A stretch of 46,895 nucleotides of DNA from a virus (lineage: Duplodnaviria > Caudoviricetes): positions 1-46,895 of the IMG/VR virus record IMGVR_UViG_3300044769_000044, one strand, 5' to 3'. A program made the position numbers and the translations under genes. Positions 8,397 to 17,349 of the stretch are shown here, piece by piece. Below the pieces are notes generated by a model. It was not told the DNA's origin, did not search any database, and saw nothing but the letters and a program-made list of their open reading frames with translations. Each line of letters begins with the position of its first letter. Within the stretch, counting starts at the first letter, position 1.

Positions 8397-8654
8397 ATGA
8401 GACACCTGACGTGGGTCGATACCGACCTGGAGCTTCCACCGGAAGGCGTGCCGATCGTCGGCGTCATCCTCAACAAGTTCGTCAACGCGCCGTGGCGATG
8501 GAGTGGACCATTCATCTGCCTACGCGAACGCGCTCACGGCGGCCATGATCGCTACGGCGACTACCAGCGGCCAGACAGGTGGATGCTGCTCACTGAGCCG
8601 GAGCTGCCAGCGCGCTCCATGCCGATCGCTTCGGAATACAACATCCACCAGTAG
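8397..8654 (+). CDS. DUF551-like protein
   Basis: W.....ELPP at N-terminus, RWMLL.EP at C-terminus; TGcTAGGAT extended -10 seven nt upstream. Confidence 0.55.
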   Translation: MRHLTWVDTDLELPPEGVPIVGVILNKFVNAPWRWSGPFICLRERAHGGHDRYGDYQRPDRWMLLTEPELPARSMPIASEYNIHQ

Positions 8655-8668
8655 CGGTAAGTTTCGGG

Positions 8669-9031
8669 CTACCGTCGCGCGATCACGTGAATCGGCCGAG
8701 ACGCCACGGCCACCGGCTTCGAGCCCGACTCGAGCAGCGACGCGACCAGCATCAGATCGCCAGCGGGCAAAGTGCCCCATTTGATCCACCGCGAGCGCAT
8801 CGCCTGCTCGCCGTCCAACTGCTCGTAGCTCTGACGCACGGCCACGCCCTCTTCGACGGCCGCGATCACGAGTGCCCGATTGTGCGCGTTGGGTTCCACC
8901 TGGATCAGGATGCTGATCGCCTCATCATCGAACGCGAACGCCGTTGCGCGGACAATCGCGACTCTCGGCGGGGCCGATGAGGACTGCACCGTCAGGAGCA
9001 CAAGGACCAACGCGAGGCGGTACCGCATCAC
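8669..9031 (-). CDS. Secreted beta-rich protein
   Basis: Signal peptide MRYRLALVLVLLTVQSSSA. Confidence 0.6.
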   Translation of the reverse strand: MMRYRLALVLVLLTVQSSSAPPRVAIVRATAFAFDDEAISILIQVEPNAHNRALVIAAVEEGVAVRQSYEQLDGEQAMRSRWIKWGTLPAGDLMLVASLLESGSKPVAVASRPIHVIARR

Positions 9032-9207
9032 GCCCCATCGCGGTCGTCGTCATCAGGCCAGTCGTGCGAGCACACCGCGCAGAACAAGGTTTTTGTTTTC
9101 TTCCCGTAGATAACCGTCTCGATCAACGTGGCGTCATCCTGTCCACACTTCGGGCAGGCGATACGTCGCCCCTTCGAGGACCAGCCGCCTTTATCTCTAG
9201 TCGCCAT
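9028..9207 (-). CDS. 59-aa zinc-ribbon protein (not in ORF track)
   Basis: CPKC...CAVC. Confidence 0.65.
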   Translation of the reverse strand: MATRDKGGWSSKGRRIACPKCGQDDATLIETVIYGKKTKTLFCAVCSHDWPDDDDRDGA

Positions 9208-9514
9208 CGACGTTCACCGGGCGGCCCTTCTTGACGATGCGCTTATACGCCTTCCACCATCGGGCCTTGGTCTGATCGTCCATGCGTGCTACCAGATACC
9301 GCGCGTGCTTCGTCACCGCTCGCTCACCCATGCGCGGCTTGCGACGGTGCAGCAGTTCGTGGATGAGCGTCTCAAGAATTGCGAAACGCGGATCGATGTA
9401 GACGTGCTCACCGCTCTGCATCCCGTCGAGATGCCAGCGTGGGTCGCGCAGGGAGCATTCCCAGACCTTGCCCCTGTTCAACTCGTCCCAAACATCTTCG
9501 AGTGACGCGCTCAT
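9197..9514 (-). CDS. HExxH zinc-metallopeptidase-like protein
   Basis: ETLIHELLH. Confidence 0.6.
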   Translation of the reverse strand: MSASLEDVWDELNRGKVWECSLRDPRWHLDGMQSGEHVYIDPRFAILETLIHELLHRRKPRMGERAVTKHARYLVARMDDQTKARWWKAYKRIVKKGRPVNVDGD

Positions 9515-9597
9515 TTGGACCCTATCGTGAGGATGACCACGCACCCCAGTACGGCCACGACCGCCACGATCAGCGCGAACACCATCTGGGGCGTCAT
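9511..9597 (-). CDS. 28-aa membrane peptide
   Basis: MTPQMVFALIVAVVAVLGCVVIL; ATGA-coupled both sides. Confidence 0.5.
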   Translation of the reverse strand: MTPQMVFALIVAVVAVLGCVVILTIGSK

Positions 9598-10271
9598 GGG
9601 GTGTAGGCCTCCAATTTCGCATTGCCAGAACGCCACACGCGAGGCGGCGCAAGGTAGCCCAGCTCCAGTAGCCGCTGGCGCATCTCGATATGCTGATGCA
9701 CGTCGCCGAGCACGCGCGCGCGCGTCAGGTGTCGGCCTTCCGGCGTGAGTCGATTCGCATCGCGCCACGCGGCCTGGTCCATCTTGACCTTGGGGTGCTG
9801 CAGCTTCAGCATCGCGCCGATGTTTTCCTGCGAGCTCGAGAGCCCTTGCCGCCGAACGAGGTCGATCTTCGTGTCCTGCGAAAGTTTGTCACTGAGCGGC
9901 TTCATGCCGTATTCCGTCAGCGCCCCGTTCACCATCGGGAGGTCATAGCCCCTGATGTAATGGCCGGTGACCATGTCAGCCGTGTCGTACGCCGCAACGA
10001 AGGCGCGCAGCATCCGCGTCGGTTCGCACTCGCCGAGCAACCAGCACTGCGCGGGCTCTGGCTCGCCGATGAACTTCCACGCGATCGCGGTGATTTCCTT
10101 GCTCACGTAGTCGCTGGCGATCCAGTGCAGCGGGCGGGCCTCCACGTCGAAATCGAGCACCCGCATGGGGCGCGATGGCACAGAGACTCGCAGCGGCTCC
10201 ACCGTCAGCGTGGAGGCGGGCGCCGCGTCGTCGGGCCTACGGCTTCGGATCCGAATGATCATCGGACTCAA
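9594..10271 (-). CDS. RNase H-like / DnaQ-type exonuclease (RNase_H_2)
   Basis: LDFDVE, VTGHY...YDLP, C-terminal GDV. Confidence 0.8.
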   Translation of the reverse strand: MSPMIIRIRSRRPDDAAPASTLTVEPLRVSVPSRPMRVLDFDVEARPLHWIASDYVSKEITAIAWKFIGEPEPAQCWLLGECEPTRMLRAFVAAYDTADMVTGHYIRGYDLPMVNGALTEYGMKPLSDKLSQDTKIDLVRRQGLSSSQENIGAMLKLQHPKVKMDQAAWRDANRLTPEGRHLTRARVLGDVHQHIEMRQRLLELGYLAPPRVWRSGNAKLEAYTP

Positions 10272-10458
10272 TGCGAATATCGAACGCGGATCCCGCTTCG
10301 AGGCCCAGCACCGACTTGCCGCTCTTGAGGGCTTCGATTTCTGGTAGCAGGTGGTCTTCGTGCCAGTCGATCGCTTCCAGTCGTTGCTTGAGGCGAAATT
10401 GCGCGAGCCGAATCGCCTTTAGCTTGCGTTCCTGTCGTGAGTCTCGGCTGAGTGACAT
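10237..10458 (-). CDS. Hypothetical protein
   Basis: ORF in operon orientation. Confidence 0.5.
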   Translation of the reverse strand: MSLSRDSRQERKLKAIRLAQFRLKQRLEAIDWHEDHLLPEIEALKSGKSVLGLEAGSAFDIRIESDDHSDPKP

Positions 10459-10724
10459 ACAGTCCTCGCGGCCTTAAATTCCTGCCGCCGTTGCGTGACG
10501 AGCGCGCGCCCGACCTTGGCGAGTTCGTCGGTTGGCATTCGCACACTCCGCCCAGCGACGCCGACGCGGCGCCGATCCACTCTGGCGCAGGCCGCGCGCC
10601 CGCGCTCGGTCGCGCGATAGGCCTTCTGATAGGCCGACATCTTTGCCCGACAGCGCCACCGCTTCCCGTTCTTGACCAACGGCCGCCCGTGGCACGGGCA
10701 GAGCGTTACGTCGTTCGGCATCAC
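10419..10724 (-). CDS. Hypothetical Cys-containing basic protein
   Basis: CPCHG...WRC. Confidence 0.5.
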   Translation of the reverse strand: MMPNDVTLCPCHGRPLVKNGKRWRCRAKMSAYQKAYRATERGRAACARVDRRRVGVAGRSVRMPTDELAKVGRALVTQRRQEFKAARTVCHSAETHDRNAS

Positions 10725-10733
10725 TGGCGTGCG

Positions 10734-11087
10734 TCAACTAAAGAGATCGATTTGGCCATCTGATTCAGCACCAGATAAACGAGCGCTAGACCTCCGAATG
10801 AACGTGCGTACTCGATGACAGTTGGAGCACACGACGTCGCATTTCTGGATTTCCCTAAGAATCGTGTCCAGGGCAGCCTTACCAAACACCAACCTGGCAA
10901 CATCAAACTGCTTGTCTTCTCTGTGGTCAAAGTCCATCGCCTCGGCGTGGAAACAACGACCGCAATCCGCACACGGCTTGCTTTTAATGGCTGCCACGAT
11001 CCGCGACAACTCACGCGTCCGCGCTCTCTTGCGCTGCGCTACGACGCGTCGCCTCAGCCAGTCCGGCCTGGGTCGCCTAGGCATCAC
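10734..11087 (-). CDS. HNH endonuclease
   Basis: CADC...DFDH...KCDVVCSNCHR. Confidence 0.85.
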   Translation of the reverse strand: MMPRRPRPDWLRRRVVAQRKRARTRELSRIVAAIKSKPCADCGRCFHAEAMDFDHREDKQFDVARLVFGKAALDTILREIQKCDVVCSNCHRVRTFIRRSSARLSGAESDGQIDLFS

Positions 11088-11111
11088 GCTTCATTGCGCA
11101 ACTCGGCGTAC

Positions 11112-11375
11112 TCATTGCGCGGTCTTCTGGTGCTCCCGCCACGTATTGAACGCCGTCCAGGTCAAGCCCAGCACCAGTGAGAGCGCCCCGGCGTACTCGT
11201 TGACTTGTGAATCCGAGAACAGCCCCGCCATCCCGGCGACCTTGAGCCCGTTCCGAATGACCGCTAACAGAATCAGTTGCATGATCTTGCGTTGTCCCTT
11301 CTCAAGCCCCGTCTTCGCCAGTCTCACTGGCAACGTCACCGGCGCCGCCACGATCCGTCCGAGTCGTTTCCACAT
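11112..11375 (-). CDS. Putative holin (two hydrophobic segments)
   Basis: LILLAVIRNGL and GALSLVLGLTW in lysis cassette; alternative start at 11282. Confidence 0.6.
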   Translation of the reverse strand: MWKRLGRIVAAPVTLPVRLAKTGLEKGQRKIMQLILLAVIRNGLKVAGMAGLFSDSQVNEYAGALSLVLGLTWTAFNTWREHQKTAQ

Positions 11376-11530
11376 GGGATATCTCTGAATCGCAGATCAG
11401 CGCGGCCCATCCGCCGTGCGTGGCGAACCACTCCACGTGGCGTTCCTGACAGCACTCGATCTCCCGATGGTGCTCAGGCAGACCCGTCCGACCACGCTTG
11501 GTGACGATGCGCGCGATGATGCAGTGCGGT

Positions 11531-11899
11531 TCAGATCGCGACGACTCGGCACTCATGGTCCCCCGATTCCCAGACGGCCTCCCGGTGCGTGCGCCCCACG
11601 ACAGGGCAACCGTGGCTCGCCTCACCCGGAGCCGTCTTGCTATCACCGTGCATCGCAAAACTCGATCGGCCATACATTTCATTGCCCATCCGAGGAACCA
11701 GACGTAATGTGTAAGGCCCCGTCGTGGATGAATCATGGGGCGCCTCGATCGTGTAGATGCCCTCCGGGATGGGACCGATGCCCTTGACGTGTTGCATGTC
11801 CGGGTTGTTCTTGCCGTCCCCGCGCCCCGCGTAGCCGCGCGCCTTCAGTGATAGCCTTGCGTCGAGCAGCGCGCCGGTCTTCGAGCACCAGATCCACAT
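11531..11899 (-). CDS. Tlde1/DUF2778-like L,D-transpeptidase-fold lysin
   Basis: GYAG...GPIPEG.Y...F.MHGD....ASHGC (His/Cys catalytic motif). Confidence 0.85.
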   Translation of the reverse strand: MWIWCSKTGALLDARLSLKARGYAGRGDGKNNPDMQHVKGIGPIPEGIYTIEAPHDSSTTGPYTLRLVPRMGNEMYGRSSFAMHGDSKTAPGEASHGCPVVGRTHREAVWESGDHECRVVAI

Positions 11900-12111
11900 C
11901 AGCGCGGCTCGTTCCCGTTGACGATGCCTTGCTTCGCCCGCATCGCCACCAGCCAATCGTGATGGCGGTCGACTTGTCGTTCCACCTCGAGCACCTTGGG
12001 CGCGATCACGTTCAGCGTGTCCCGCATCTGAAACAAGGCTCGCGCGATCGGAATGAGCAAGAGACTCATCCCGCCCATCACGACGTCGCCCACGTGAAAT
12101 GTCCAGTCCAT
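11899..12111 (-). CDS. Putative holin / small membrane protein
   Basis: One TM helix plus coiled tail directly upstream of lysin. Confidence 0.55.
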   Translation of the reverse strand: MDWTFHVGDVVMGGMSLLLIPIARALFQMRDTLNVIAPKVLEVERQVDRHHDWLVAMRAKQGIVNGNEPR

Positions 12112-12114
12112 CGA

Positions 12115-12303
12115 TCAGCCCCTACAGACCCCATACAGCCAGATCCAGTTGTTGTTGTTTCGCATCACCGTCAACGACCATCCGGCATCGAGCGCGGCGT
12201 TGGCGCCCGCCTCGAAGGTGGTAACTGGGAACCGAAAGATCCGCTCCGCCCCTACGGAATAAGTGAGAACCCCGTCGGCGCACCCGCCGGAGTTGTCAAG
12301 ACG
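12115..12303 (-). CDS. Predicted -1 frameshift extension of 12252-12650 protein
   Basis: Open -1 frame from slippery C CCT TTC to TGA 3 nt before next ATG; no suitable independent start. Confidence 0.6.
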   Translation of the reverse strand, partial: RLDNSGGCADGVLTYSVGAERIFRFPVTTFEAGANAALDAGWSLTVMRNNNNWIWLYGVCRG

Positions 12304-12650
12304 AAAGGGACCGACGGCGGACCCTCCCCGACGTCCAGCCGAAACAGCGATAACGTGAGACTCTGCACGCCGACCTGGTTGATCGCGTCGAGATTGCTTT
12401 GCGAGACCGGCGCGGTGCAGACCACCTTCGCCGCCTGCAACACGCACGTCGCCCCGACCAACGCCGTGAGCGGGGCCGTGCCGCGATACAACCGCGGCTC
12501 GAAGGTCAACGCCTGCGCCACCGTCGTGACGTTCGTGGGCGCTTCCCACGAGAATTTGGCCGTGGCGGGCACTGGCCCTTTGGTGATGGTTTGCCCCAGC
12601 GCCGGGGCGCTCGTGAGCAACAGTCCGAGGAGTACGAGTCCGAATCGCAT
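12252..12650 (-). CDS. Secreted FnIII-like beta-sandwich protein
   Basis: Signal peptide MRFGLVLLGLLLTSAPALG; FSWEAP, one Cys pair, EGPPS, C-terminal PAGAPTGFSLIP. Confidence 0.7.
   Translation of the reverse strand: MRFGLVLLGLLLTSAPALGQTITKGPVPATAKFSWEAPTNVTTVAQALTFEPRLYRGTAPLTALVGATCVLQAAKVVCTAPVSQSNLDAINQVGVQSLTLSLFRLDVGEGPPSVPFVLTTPAGAPTGFSLIP
12268..12309 (-). promoter_or_regulatory. Candidate -1 frameshift signal (slippery heptamer + stem-loop)
   Basis: C CCU UUC in XXX YYY Z register; 8-nt spacer; stem AACUC-CGGCG(GGUG)CGCCG-GGGUU. Confidence 0.6.
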
Positions 12651-12670
12651 CGTGAGTCCCTTTCGATTCA

Positions 12671-14179
12671 TCAGTGCCACCAACTGCCAAAGAGGCCCGA
12701 CTGCATCAGCGTCGGGTCGCCATTGTCGCCGTACCACGTCGTCGTCCCGGCCGCCGTCGAACGCTCCAAAGCGAGATACCGATGTCGCCCCAGCGAGGGA
12801 TACGTCCGGAGATGCGCGTGGTGGGTCTTGATCTCCCCCGCCGCCAAACGGTTGATGTTGTACTTGCCGACGACGCCGGAGGCTTCCGTGGTCCCGTCTT
12901 CGCCGACGGAGACGTAGGTGTTCACGTTGCCCGTGCTGTTGCCAGCGGCGGCGAAGAGATCGACGTCCAACTCCAGCCCTGCAACGCCCACCATCACGTC
13001 CACCTGATTGGCCGCGTTTCCGTTCATCTGCCGGTACGCGTCCGTGGTGTAGGTCCAGCTATCGGTGGCCTCCAGTACGCGCAGCGGTGCCCGCTCACGG
13101 TTGTAGTGGTTGTAGAGGTACCGCTTCGTCAGCGTGTCGTCGCTCTGGCCGCCCGTGCTGTTGATATACACGGTGCCGATGTAGCGTCGGGTGAGCGCGC
13201 CGACCTTGCAGAAGACGCCATCCTGCCGGACAATGCCCGTCGCGCGGGTCGTGGCATTCGACCACGCCAGCGTCTCAAAGGTGACGTCGCCCGCGTTGTC
13301 GTAGGCGAAGACGTCGTACGGCGTGGAGGCGGTGAGCGCCGCAAGGCTGATGCTGGTTTCCGTGAACGTCCGAATGCTCCACGACGCGACGCCGTCATAG
13401 AGCGCGATCCGGTTGCCGACATACGGCGCGTAGTACATCGTGCTCGCGCCGGAGATGTCCGAGGTGGTATTGGGATCGCCCGTGGTCAACGAGAGGCGGC
13501 CATCGCAGACGAGCGGCACGGGCGTCAACGACTTAGGCGGGTTGGGCGCGATGACGAGTGTCGTCACCGACTCCGCGATCCCGATGAACCGCGCCAGCGT
13601 GGGCTGCGTCGCGGTGATCTCGCCCGCCGTGCTTGAGACGTAGTACTGCGCGCCGACGATCAGCCCCGAGAGATCGGTGACGCGGCCGAGCAGTCGGATC
13701 GACCCTGTCGCGCCGCTGGCGATGTCCGCGGGCACCAAGCCCACCATCCCCGCGGTCGTGGAGGCGTAATCGAGATCCGCATCCGCCAGATACCACTGGC
13801 CCGCGGTCTGCCCGCCGTCGCCGCCGGACAGGTACACCGCTTGCCCGGCGATGAGGTCTTCGCCCGCCGTGCCTTCGACGTCGAGATCGACGTTGAACGG
13901 GAGCGTCGCGGAGACGTTGTCTTGCGTCCAGATGGTGTTCCCTGCGCTGTCCTTCTGGATGAATTTATAGCTCGCCGGGGTGAGGTAGATCGTGGCCCGC
14001 CCGGCGGCATCCAAGACGACTGGGTTCGCGTTCGGCGTGGTCAGGTTGACGTCGCTGTAGGTGTCCAGTGGCGTCGTCGTCCCCGCGGAGTACGTGTACA
14101 GCAGGCCCCCGCTCAGCGGGTTGCCGTCGTTATCAAAGCCGTGGAATTTAGGATTCGGAGCAACAGTGCCGACGGCCAT
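12671..14179 (-). CDS. Tailspike / tail fibre with podovirus head-binding domain
   Basis: N-terminal FDNDGNPLSGGLLYTYSAGTTTP...NPVVLDAAGRA motif typical of P22-like spikes. Confidence 0.8.
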   Translation of the reverse strand: MAVGTVAPNPKFHGFDNDGNPLSGGLLYTYSAGTTTPLDTYSDVNLTTPNANPVVLDAAGRATIYLTPASYKFIQKDSAGNTIWTQDNVSATLPFNVDLDVEGTAGEDLIAGQAVYLSGGDGGQTAGQWYLADADLDYASTTAGMVGLVPADIASGATGSIRLLGRVTDLSGLIVGAQYYVSSTAGEITATQPTLARFIGIAESVTTLVIAPNPPKSLTPVPLVCDGRLSLTTGDPNTTSDISGASTMYYAPYVGNRIALYDGVASWSIRTFTETSISLAALTASTPYDVFAYDNAGDVTFETLAWSNATTRATGIVRQDGVFCKVGALTRRYIGTVYINSTGGQSDDTLTKRYLYNHYNRERAPLRVLEATDSWTYTTDAYRQMNGNAANQVDVMVGVAGLELDVDLFAAAGNSTGNVNTYVSVGEDGTTEASGVVGKYNINRLAAGEIKTHHAHLRTYPSLGRHRYLALERSTAAGTTTWYGDNGDPTLMQSGLFGSWWH

Positions 14180-14256
14180 CAGAGCCTCCCTCGTGCTACG
14201 ATTGCGCCGATGCGCGCATGGGCGTGGTTCGCCGCCGGTGTCTGTTGTGCCATCAT
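14179..14256 (-). CDS. 25-aa coupling ORF
   Basis: ATGA overlap upstream, TGATG overlap downstream. Confidence 0.35.
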   Translation of the reverse strand: MMAQQTPAANHAHARIGAIVARGRL

Positions 14257-15293
14257 TGGTCGGCCTTGGGCCATCGCCCTGTTCTATTCCTCGCGTCAAC
14301 TCGCGCTTCAACTTCGGCAACGCTGGGCGTCCCGAACTGCTTCGCGAGCGCCCGCTGTTGCGCAATCGCTGTCATCGCCTGCTTATGCGTCTTCCCTGCG
14401 CGAATCAACTTCGCGTACTCAAGCAGTTCGTCCTTGTCCGTCGGAATCGGCGCTTTCGACGCCCTCGCCTTCTTCGGTGCAGGTGTCTCCGCAGCCGGAG
14501 CAGACGGTGTCGGTTTCTTCGCCGCCAGCTCCGCGATTGCTTCTTGAGGCGTCCGACCTTGCGCAACCGCGTCCGTCGCCTGCGCGTATTCCTCTGCCGT
14601 CGGAGCCAGCTTTGCCCGACGCGCCGCCAAGCCCAGCTCGTTCTGAATCCGTTGAGGACTCATGGGGCTACGCGCCCCCGGAGGTGTGGGCGCAGATTGT
14701 CTCGGCGCTTCAGGAGCTGGCGGTGCTGCAGCGACGGGAGGCGATGCAACTGGTGAAGCGGGAGCAGCGGAAGCAGGCGTAGCCTCCACCTTCGGCGCCA
14801 CTGGCTCGGCCTTCGCGGGCCGCTTGTAGCCTGACACCACCATCGCAAACGGCACCGCGACTGACGAGGGCACGCCCACCGCTTCGAGTCCCATCCGAAC
14901 GGCTTCGTACTTCGCGACCGGCGTGGCTTGTGAGGCGGCTTCCTTCACGACACTAAGCGCACGCGCAGCGAGAGGCGCCCCGCTCGTAGTTGCGGAGCGT
15001 AGCAACGCCGGAGCCCCAGCTGCCGCCAGCGTGGCGCCTGCCGTAATGTACGGATGCTCCGCCGCGAGATCCGCGATGCGCGAGTTGTTCGCAGCCATGC
15101 GATCGCGGAACTCGCGCCCGGTGACTGGCTGCGTCGAGAACGTCGGCCCGCTCGGCGTCGCTGGCTCCGACTTCCCTGACGCACCGAACACACCGCGAAC
15201 TTGCATCTTCTGAATGTCCGCGTGCGTCGGCGGGCGTGGTCCGTCTACCTCGAAGGTGCGGCCGTCCGGCGTTTGGATCTCGTAGGTCGGCAT
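14253..15293 (-). CDS. Ejection / internal virion protein (gp16-like position)
   Basis: MPTYEIQTPDGRTFEV start, Ala/Pro-rich, synteny. Confidence 0.6.
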   Translation of the reverse strand: MPTYEIQTPDGRTFEVDGPRPPTHADIQKMQVRGVFGASGKSEPATPSGPTFSTQPVTGREFRDRMAANNSRIADLAAEHPYITAGATLAAAGAPALLRSATTSGAPLAARALSVVKEAASQATPVAKYEAVRMGLEAVGVPSSVAVPFAMVVSGYKRPAKAEPVAPKVEATPASAAPASPVASPPVAAAPPAPEAPRQSAPTPPGARSPMSPQRIQNELGLAARRAKLAPTAEEYAQATDAVAQGRTPQEAIAELAAKKPTPSAPAAETPAPKKARASKAPIPTDKDELLEYAKLIRAGKTHKQAMTAIAQQRALAKQFGTPSVAEVEARVDARNRTGRWPKADQ

Positions 15294-16663
15294 CAGCGTT
15301 TCTCGCGGACCCTGAAACCGCCGCCGGCATCGGTCCAACCCGAGGCTTCAGGCGCACCGCTCGGCGTGGTCTCGGTATCGTCCAGTGATGCCCCCGCGCG
15401 CTTCTTCAGCGCATCCAGAGCGAGGTTGCGCGCCCGCTGCCGATCCGATCCGAGCTTCGGCGTCTCGCCAAACTGCTTCGCGTAGGTGCGTCGGTCCCGC
15501 GCATACTCTGTATCCGCAATCGCCGCGCCGCTGACCGGCCGCAAGCGTGCTTCCGTGAACTGCTCGAAGGCGCGCAAGTAGCGTTTGGCGTTCTCGGACA
15601 GCGCGTTGCGATTGACCAAGCCGATCAGCTTCTCCTGTGGCAAGGTCTGAATCTGGTACAGCTCCTTCTGATCGATCGAGCCTTCGAGCGCGTCGATCGT
15701 CGAGATCGCGTCTTTCATCTGCACGTAGTACCCAGCCGTCTTCCGCTCGTCTTCGGTCGGCTTGACGCGCACGTTCTGCGGCGTGTCGCCCTCTTGCACG
15801 CGGTTGGTATAGACCGGCTTGTTCCCGCGGATCACCCACTGCCAGCCGGGCTGCGGGCCTTGCGGCGTCACGTTCTGTGCCCGCAACAGACGCAGCGCCT
15901 CTTTGGCTTTCGGGTCGCCATTCGCCGCGGCCGACGCCAGTGACGCCTCAGTGGGATTCGGTGTGGCCTTCGGCTCCGGCGTGCCAGCCGTGACGATTTC
16001 GCCGGTACCTTGGTTGATAATGTCCAGCTTCGGATCGCGCGTCCCGAACTTGGGCTTCGTGGCTTCCTTGCCGAAGTTGCGCGCCTGCGCGAACCACTCC
16101 GGCGAGTACGTCTCCGGCGCGTCCTGCTCCGTGATGACGCCGCGCGTGATGAGGTTCTGACGCACGGCCGGATAAGCCTCCGCGCGCAGGCCCTCAGGGA
16201 GCGCGTCCATTCCCAGTAACACGTCGCGCACCAGTCCCTGCGTTGAGGCGTAGGCTTTCTGGTTCTCCGTGTGCAGCGCCGCGAGACCGGCGACGATCTT
16301 CTGACCGCGCTCCGGCCCGACGGCGGAGATAATGGCGGCTGGCGGTGGCGGCTCTGGCCCCTCGAACAGCTTTCGCAGTGCGGCCTCTTCTTGCGCCGCG
16401 CGCTGCTGTGACGCCGCCTCACCCCGCGCCGCGTCGAGCTGCAACTGTCCCATCTCCGCTTGCTGCGTGCGGATCGGCGCGTCCTGTTGCAGCTTCACCA
16501 GGCTGGACAGCGTGTTGCTGATCGTGTTCCCGACGTTGCCCCACGTCTGCGCGGCGATATCCCCTTGCCGCCGAGTCGTCTCCGCCTGCGCCTCGCGCTG
16601 CGCACGGAACAACTCACCGAGGCGACTCGACGACCGTGCGTAGGGGCTCTGGAAAGGAGCCAT
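15293..16663 (-). CDS. Ejection protein (gp20-like position)
   Basis: Gln/Ala-rich N-terminus; SGAAI..EY motif near C-terminus. Confidence 0.65.
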   Translation of the reverse strand: MAPFQSPYARSSSRLGELFRAQREAQAETTRRQGDIAAQTWGNVGNTISNTLSSLVKLQQDAPIRTQQAEMGQLQLDAARGEAASQQRAAQEEAALRKLFEGPEPPPPAAIISAVGPERGQKIVAGLAALHTENQKAYASTQGLVRDVLLGMDALPEGLRAEAYPAVRQNLITRGVITEQDAPETYSPEWFAQARNFGKEATKPKFGTRDPKLDIINQGTGEIVTAGTPEPKATPNPTEASLASAAANGDPKAKEALRLLRAQNVTPQGPQPGWQWVIRGNKPVYTNRVQEGDTPQNVRVKPTEDERKTAGYYVQMKDAISTIDALEGSIDQKELYQIQTLPQEKLIGLVNRNALSENAKRYLRAFEQFTEARLRPVSGAAIADTEYARDRRTYAKQFGETPKLGSDRQRARNLALDALKKRAGASLDDTETTPSGAPEASGWTDAGGGFRVREKR

Positions 16664-17347
16664 CTACGCGGCTCCAGCGTCGAGAATGTCGCGCCACCGG
16701 CGGTAGCGATCTTCCTGGTCGTAGAGGTACTCTTCCCAGCCGCGTCCAAACTGGGCCTCACCGGCTTTCCGCTCCGCGTCGAAACGCCCTTGCCAGTCCA
16801 GTAGCTTCGGTTGGAATTGCGCTTTCGCCAGCTCGAACTGGTTACCATACGTGCGGTCGTACTCCCCGGCCTTGCGGTCGTAGACGCGCCCGTATTCCTG
16901 TGACGCGAAATTCTGGCCGTACCCGAGGATGTCTTTCAGCGTGCCGCCCGTGCGCAGCACGCCCCGCCCCGCCGCGGACTGCTCCAAGGCTTTGCGGCCT
17001 TGCCCCATGCGGAACTGATAGCCCGGTTCGTTTTCCGCATCGGCCGCACTCGGGGCGACGAAGGCTCCAGGCGCCTGAAACGGAAACTCCGGTGCGCCGG
17101 GGAAGTTGAACTCGGGCCGGTTGCCGCCTGCGTACGGTTCATAGAGAAAGTTGCGCGGCGGTGTCGTGGTCGGCGGCGTCGTGGGATTGGGATCGGGCTC
17201 CACCGACGGCGGTGTCTGCGGCGCCTGCTCCGGGACCCACTGCTGTAGGTACTCATCCCACACGTACCCCGGCCCTGGTGGGGCGGGCTTGCGTCCCGGT
17301 GCCGGATAGTAGGTGCCGTCGTCGCCTTGATAATCTGGCTGCGCCAT
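16664..17347 (-). CDS. DNA transfer / pilot protein
   Basis: PGYQFR..QG..ALEQSAA.RG....G.TLK....YGQ..ASQEY motif. Confidence 0.75.
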   Translation of the reverse strand: MAQPDYQGDDGTYYPAPGRKPAPPGPGYVWDEYLQQWVPEQAPQTPPSVEPDPNPTTPPTTTPPRNFLYEPYAGGNRPEFNFPGAPEFPFQAPGAFVAPSAADAENEPGYQFRMGQGRKALEQSAAGRGVLRTGGTLKDILGYGQNFASQEYGRVYDRKAGEYDRTYGNQFELAKAQFQPKLLDWQGRFDAERKAGEAQFGRGWEEYLYDQEDRYRRWRDILDAGAA

Positions 17348-17349
17348 CG

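Noticed and set aside
11302-11556. Overlapping 84-aa ORF as a spanin
   Set aside because: No TM segment or lipobox; coding status unresolved
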